64,000 nucleotides of DNA, taken from positions 2,112,001-2,176,000 of the forward strand of contig OY760907.1 in NCBI GenBank assembly GCA_963664195.1. Reading direction: 5' to 3'. Origin of the DNA: an uncultured candidate division Zixibacteria bacterium. Its GTDB lineage: Bacteria; Zixibacteria; MSB-5A5; GN15; FEB-12. The number at the start of each line of letters is the position of its first letter. Within the stretch, counting starts at the first letter, position 1. The translations under genes were made by a program, and so were the position numbers. The notes under the pieces were generated by a model. That model did not search any database. It was not told the origin of the DNA and saw nothing but the letters and a program-made list of their open reading frames with translations. This document shows positions 58,924 through 64,000 of the stretch, piece by piece.

Positions 58924-59481
58924 TCATTGCCGGACTTCCACTTTCCGGCACTGATACTTCGCTATGGCCTCACCGAACCGGTCAATGGCCGGATCGAGCA
59001 AGCCTTCATCAAATGTCGCAAAAGCGTCAGGGTTCTCAGAACTGTATCCCAGCATCGCGACCACTCTGCCTTCGAATTTCAGCGGCCTGAGCATGAACGC
59101 CTCGGTGTCGTCGTCGAGCAACAGGCGCTTTTCGATCAGGTTGCCGTCGTACAGTTCCGCGAAATTATCCGCGTACATCTGTCCGTGCTCTGCCACTTTG
59201 TGAAAGAGCGAGGTGTTCAACGGCAGGCGCAGCGAGAGGTTCTTGCGAACATTGCCCCGGCTGAACGTTGCCACGGCCAGAAATCGGGCCTGGTCCCCTT
59301 CCATGAGAGCCAGCATGCCCTTGTTGATGTCGTAGACCTGTTCGAGTGATTTGGTGAACTCGGAAAATATGTCTCTCGGGTCAGAGTGACTACTGAGAAT
59401 CAAGTCGAGTTCTTCCACCAATCGATTGACTCGTCTGGCGGCTTCCATTCCGTAACTGCTTTGTCCCTCGTCCCAGTTCAT
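58924..59481 (-). CDS. Stand-alone GAF-like domain protein
   Basis: AFMLRPLKFEGRVVAMLGY...DAF strand pattern; last gene of the regulator operon. Confidence 0.6.
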   Translation of the reverse strand: MNWDEGQSSYGMEAARRVNRLVEELDLILSSHSDPRDIFSEFTKSLEQVYDINKGMLALMEGDQARFLAVATFSRGNVRKNLSLRLPLNTSLFHKVAEHGQMYADNFAELYDGNLIEKRLLLDDDTEAFMLRPLKFEGRVVAMLGYSSENPDAFATFDEGLLDPAIDRFGEAIAKYQCRKVEVRQ

Positions 59482-59500
59482 GGGTGCCCCGCTTGTTGAT

Positions 59501-60907
59501 CTACTCCAGGACCATTTCCTGTTTGAGATCGTATTTTTTTATTTTCCGCCATAGGGTTGTTCTTCCGATCCCCAACTCCGCCGCTGTTTTGGTGTAGTTC
59601 CATTTGTTGTCATTTAGAGCCGTCACAATCAGCGACCGCTGATTATCATCGAGCAGATGACCCTTGAGTTGCAGACTCATCTTCACTCTCGGCTCGGTCG
59701 GTTTGACAGCCCGGTCGTCTTTAGCGATGAATATGATATCATCCGGCCCCAATCGATCGGTCATGCATAACGCCGCACCGCGCTTGAGAGTATTTTCCAA
59801 TTCGCGAACATTGCCCGGCCAGGAATGCCCCAGCAGCATATCAACCGCCCGGCGACTGATAGTCAGGGTTTCACGTTTCAATTCCATCGAGATTTTCCGG
59901 AGGAAGTACTCGGTCAGTATTTCTATGTCCTCAATCCGGTCAGTCAGCGACGGAAGGTCCAGCGGGATTACGTTCAAACGGTAGTAGACGTCTTCACGGA
60001 AATCACCCTTGCGAACCATCTCGCCCAGATCACGGTTGGTAGCCGCTACGATTCTGACGTTGACCTTCTTCGAAATCGAAGAGCCGACCTGACGGATGAC
60101 CGAATCCTGAAGGAAACGCAGGAGTTTGACCTGAATCGAGGCCGGAATATTGCTGACTTCATCGAGGAAGATCGTACCGCCATCTGCCTCTTCCAGTAGA
60201 CCAAGCTTATTGCTTGAGGCCGACGTGAATGAGCCTTTGGTATGGCCGAACAGTTCAGATTCGAGGAGGGCTTCCGGGATCGCCGAGCAGTCGATGGCGA
60301 CGAACGGTCCGCCCCTCCTGTTGGAGTGGTGATGGATCGCCCGTGCAAACAGTTCTTTGCCGGTACCGGAGTTGCCGGTAATCAGCACGGTGATATCGGT
60401 CGGCGAAATCCTTCTTGCCGTTTCTTTGACGGTGGATATCGCTTTGGATATGCCAACGATATTATCAAAGCCGTAGGACATAGCGACATGCTGACGGAGC
60501 GCAAAAATCTCCTTCTTCATTGTGCGCCGTTCCAGGGCTTTTCTTACTCTCAGCAGTATCTCGTTGTTGGAGAAGGGCTTGGTGATGTAATCACACGCTC
60601 CTGCCTGCATGGCCTCGACAGAGCTTTCGATTGACCCGTAGGCGGTCAGCAGGATGGACTCAGTGTCGGGATGCTGTTGTTCGACACGTTTGATCAGATC
60701 AATGCCGTTCTCGTTGCCTATCCTCAGATCGACTATGGCCAGGTCAATACTCTTCTCCGAGAGAATTTTGGAGGCCAACTGTGTGCTGTCGCACTCGTGG
60801 ACGGTATATCCGGCGTTGCTCAGCAGCAATCCCAGCGTCTTGCGGATGGCAGCTTCGTCGTCGACTATTACTATTGACGCGGAGGTGTCTGGCGACTTAC
60901 TCGTCAT
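59501..60907 (-). CDS. NtrC/AtoC-family response regulator (REC-AAA+-Fis HTH)
   Basis: VDDE...VDLRI...TAYG...KPF; GNSGTGKE; ESELFGH; FLDEV; FREDVYYRLN; LGIGRTTLWRK. Confidence 0.93.
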   Translation of the reverse strand: MTSKSPDTSASIVIVDDEAAIRKTLGLLLSNAGYTVHECDSTQLASKILSEKSIDLAIVDLRIGNENGIDLIKRVEQQHPDTESILLTAYGSIESSVEAMQAGACDYITKPFSNNEILLRVRKALERRTMKKEIFALRQHVAMSYGFDNIVGISKAISTVKETARRISPTDITVLITGNSGTGKELFARAIHHHSNRRGGPFVAIDCSAIPEALLESELFGHTKGSFTSASSNKLGLLEEADGGTIFLDEVSNIPASIQVKLLRFLQDSVIRQVGSSISKKVNVRIVAATNRDLGEMVRKGDFREDVYYRLNVIPLDLPSLTDRIEDIEILTEYFLRKISMELKRETLTISRRAVDMLLGHSWPGNVRELENTLKRGAALCMTDRLGPDDIIFIAKDDRAVKPTEPRVKMSLQLKGHLLDDNQRSLIVTALNDNKWNYTKTAAELGIGRTTLWRKIKKYDLKQEMVLE

Positions 60908-60909
60908 GT

Positions 60910-62328
60910 CTAGTTTTCCCGTTTCGTGTCTTGATGCCCGTTGACCGGGATCCTGATTGTCGTTCTGAGGCTTTTGACCATTGGGGGGGCCTCCTGGTGC
61001 ATTGATACACCAAGCTGTCCGGCAAGATTTCTGGCATACTTACGCCAGTTCTCATCGAACTCCTCTCTTTCATCGGCGCGCCCGGAACGGGTGGCGATTT
61101 GAATAATCGTGGCGGCAGAATCCTCGTCCAGCGTGACCATGGTCTGGCTAACCGTGTGCTGGTGACCGAGATGTGCCCTGAAGATAGCTTCCAGGAATAG
61201 TACCAGGCCAGACGGCATGGTTTCCAGCGAGCGTTGTGAGGAGGTCATTTCCACGTCTATTCTGGCCGTGTCGTGGAAGTGCTCGCGGGTCAATTCAATC
61301 GCCCGTTCGAGGTTTCTGGCAATGTGGGCCGGCCCTTTCGGGCGGGTTTCGTAGTTCAGCAGACAGTTGAGTCTCTCGAGATGGCGGTCAAGCTCTTCTG
61401 CCTCGGAGAGGATTAAGCCCGGCATACCGTTATCGGGCTGGTCGCCGGTTGCTTTTTGTTGAACACTGTCAAGGAAACTCGAAGCGGTCGTTATTGCGGC
61501 AATCTTGTTTCTCATGGCGTGAACCAGGAACTCTGTGGAACGGCACTGCTCGTCGTTTATTTTGTTGCTTCCGGTGGGAGGAATCAGCGTGGCGAGGCAG
61601 AGATGTAGTTCTCTTATGGCAAGATTCTTGAGCGTCCAGCCGTAGCCTGTCACCGCCCTGGCGATTTTGTCCGAGACCGCAGAGTACTCTGAATCAACCA
61701 ACTCCTGTTGGTCGATACGGCACAGATCGGAGAAACCGTCGCTTGCAGCAACTATTCTTCCAGAGGCCCTGTTGATAACCAGTGTTGGATTACTGGCATC
61801 CAATTGCGACAGGACGTTTACCGCCGCTTCCTCGGTATCGCTCCAGGCCTGCCGGAACTGACCGGCGATTTGGCCAAAATCATCTGTTTCTCCAGATCCG
61901 GCAAACCGATCCGGTCCAAGTATTCCGAGAATCAACTCCGGCTGGCCAGCCTTGCTGATACGGGCCGTGCTGACCTTGAAGTACTCGCCTCCGTTGCCGG
62001 CGGTCGGACGGTATCGCTGGGTGAAGATGGCATCGCCGCCTTCATTAAGAGAGGATTCAATCAACCCCATCGGAAACAGCTCGATACTCTCCGGATGGAG
62101 GTATTCGCGATCATGCACGAGGAATGCGATCGAATGCTCCGGAGTGAGCAAATCCATGAGGCCTTTTTCACTGTCGGTCAGTCGTGTACGGAAACGCAGC
62201 GCGAAGAGAAGGGATTCGATGGCGGCCTGAGCTTGGTTGGCTTCGAACCAGTTTCTGATGCGGGGCGGTGCTGTCGTGACGTGATCCGTGGTCAGTGGTG
62301 ATTCAGTGTGAAACTCTGTTACCTGCAC
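60910..62328 (-). CDS. Degenerate histidine kinase-like protein (PAS-like, HisKA His retained, ATPase motifs lost)
   Basis: EFLVHAMRNKIAAI H-box with no N/G1/F/G2 boxes downstream. GTG 62328 has SD AGGAG. Confidence 0.6.
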   Translation of the reverse strand: MQVTEFHTESPLTTDHVTTAPPRIRNWFEANQAQAAIESLLFALRFRTRLTDSEKGLMDLLTPEHSIAFLVHDREYLHPESIELFPMGLIESSLNEGGDAIFTQRYRPTAGNGGEYFKVSTARISKAGQPELILGILGPDRFAGSGETDDFGQIAGQFRQAWSDTEEAAVNVLSQLDASNPTLVINRASGRIVAASDGFSDLCRIDQQELVDSEYSAVSDKIARAVTGYGWTLKNLAIRELHLCLATLIPPTGSNKINDEQCRSTEFLVHAMRNKIAAITTASSFLDSVQQKATGDQPDNGMPGLILSEAEELDRHLERLNCLLNYETRPKGPAHIARNLERAIELTREHFHDTARIDVEMTSSQRSLETMPSGLVLFLEAIFRAHLGHQHTVSQTMVTLDEDSAATIIQIATRSGRADEREEFDENWRKYARNLAGQLGVSMHQEAPPMVKSLRTTIRIPVNGHQDTKREN

Positions 62329-62365
62329 CTGACTCTCCTGTTTCAATTTGAGACATCTATCAGTT

Positions 62366-62392
62366 CTATCGGTTTCGACTTAAAACACTTTA
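62366..62392 (-). promoter_or_regulatory. sigma28 (FliA)-type promoter for the pseudo-kinase operon
   Basis: TAAA-N15-ACCGATAG. Confidence 0.6.
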
Positions 62393-62481
62393 GCGTTTCA
62401 CGCGCGATTTCGGCTAAGTTGACATGCCATGACAGCCGTTTTCAAGCTTGACTGCCGTCACTGGCTGCGGTATCTTGGCCC

Positions 62482-62763
62482 ATGCCGCTAAGAAACTCAC
62501 AGGTTGCCCATATCAGCCGACTGGCCAGGCTCAAGCTCACGCCCGAAGAGATAGACAGATTGTCCTCAGAGTTGGCGGTTATCGTTGGTTATTTCAATCA
62601 GATAAAGGCCGTTTCGACGGGCTCGCCCGGTCTCGATGAGACCCGCTTGAATGTGCTTCGTGACGATACGGTGGAACATTCGCTTCCGACAGAGAAGGCG
62701 CTCGGGAATGTTCCCCGGCATGACGGTATGTTTGTTCTGGTTCCCAGGGTGCTCCCAGGATGA
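62482..62763 (+). CDS. gatC: Asp-tRNA(Asn)/Glu-tRNA(Gln) amidotransferase subunit C
   Basis: VAHISRLARL...NVLRDD...VPRVL. Confidence 0.85.
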   Translation: MPLRNSQVAHISRLARLKLTPEEIDRLSSELAVIVGYFNQIKAVSTGSPGLDETRLNVLRDDTVEHSLPTEKALGNVPRHDGMFVLVPRVLPG

Positions 62764-63503
62764 AAGGGACTGTGGTTGCCGTTATTCCGGCTCGAATGGG
62801 TTCAACCCGCTTCTCAGGCAAGGTGCTCTTTCCGTATCAAGGCAAACCGCTGATCTATCATGTCTGGAACCAGGTGAGAAAAGCCGGGCAGATTGATCGC
62901 GTGATCGTAGCGACCGACAGCCCCGAGGTTGTGGAGGCCTCAGAGGCGTTTGGTGCTGAGGTTGTGGTGACTTCAGACAAGCACCGAACCGGGACAGATC
63001 GCGCCGCAGAGGCGGTTGGCGGTATCAAAGCAGACATTGTCCTGAATGTCCAGGCGGATAACTTCGGGCTTAAGCCGGCCCTGTTGAGCAGGGTCGTCAA
63101 GCAGATGAAGTCAGATCCCGGAATCGAGTTCGCTACGTTGGCCCGGCGGATAGACAACGATGCTGATCTGTTTGATTCTGGTGTGGTCAAAGTGATTAAG
63201 GCATCCGACGGACGGGCACTCTGGTTTTCGAGGTTCCCACTGCCGTATCTTCAGAAAGCGACCGGCGGAACCCGTTGTCGTCAATACAAGTTCCTGTCTC
63301 ATATAGGCGTGTATTTCTTCAGGCAGCGGGGGCTGAAGGCCTTTGCCGGGTGGAAACGAGGTCCCCTGGAACAGGCGGAATCGCTTGAGCAGCTCAGAAT
63401 ACTGGAGAACGGCGGTTCAATGCAAGTAATAGAAACGAATCTTCGCACGGTGTCGATAGACCGACCGGAGGACGTCAAAAAGATAGCGAGTCTACACACA
63501 TGA
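62760..63503 (+). CDS. kdsB: 3-deoxy-manno-octulosonate cytidylyltransferase
   Basis: IPARMGSTRFSGK, VATD, TGTDR, HIGVY, ESLEQLR. Confidence 0.93.
   Translation: MKGTVVAVIPARMGSTRFSGKVLFPYQGKPLIYHVWNQVRKAGQIDRVIVATDSPEVVEASEAFGAEVVVTSDKHRTGTDRAAEAVGGIKADIVLNVQADNFGLKPALLSRVVKQMKSDPGIEFATLARRIDNDADLFDSGVVKVIKASDGRALWFSRFPLPYLQKATGGTRCRQYKFLSHIGVYFFRQRGLKAFAGWKRGPLEQAESLEQLRILENGGSMQVIETNLRTVSIDRPEDVKKIASLHT

Positions 63504-64000
<497 letters not shown>

Overview
Mostly core-genome chromosomal window (roughly mid-50s % GC by eye) from a diderm bacterium. It is most likely candidate phylum Zixibacteria (FCB group). That call is an inference from T9SS/FlgD-type C-terminal sorting domains, a Cys-flanked duplicated dockerin-like tail, and lpxH/kdsB. 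Contents left to right: a hydroxyproline dehydratase-type glycyl radical enzyme (truncated by the edge) with its activase; small hypotheticals; a CHASE4-PAS histidine kinase; tRNA-Arg(ACG); a PP2C phosphatase; two T9SS-exported surface proteins; VanZ; an RCK K+ channel; a DAACS transporter with a ~440-aa disordered tail; htpX-CNNM-dedA-rlmD-DUF885; HIT plus an HTH-aconitase-like protein and an orphan DNA methyltransferase; lpxH; purL; a large dockerin-tailed protein; tilS-hpt-ftsH-folP-cdaA-lepA; a CoA-transferase; a TPR protein; an M16 peptidase pair; lepB-hemW; a heme-c MCP; rarA; mntP; ruvX-mltG; a pseudo-kinase/NtrC/GAF operon; and gatC-kdsB-pyrG. I saw no transposase, integrase, prophage or CRISPR array. 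Best candidates for undescribed biology: (1) an apparently catalytically dead aconitase/LeuC fold fused to tandem HTH domains, possibly a new regulator class; (2) an amino-acid symporter fused to an RNase E-like Arg-rich disordered region; (3) a possible non-cellulosomal cohesin-dockerin surface system; (4) a phosphorelay operon behind a sigma28-like promoter, containing a ChpT-like pseudo-kinase; (5) a GGTC-tagged REP-like palindrome family. All family calls come from motif recognition by eye; no searches were run.
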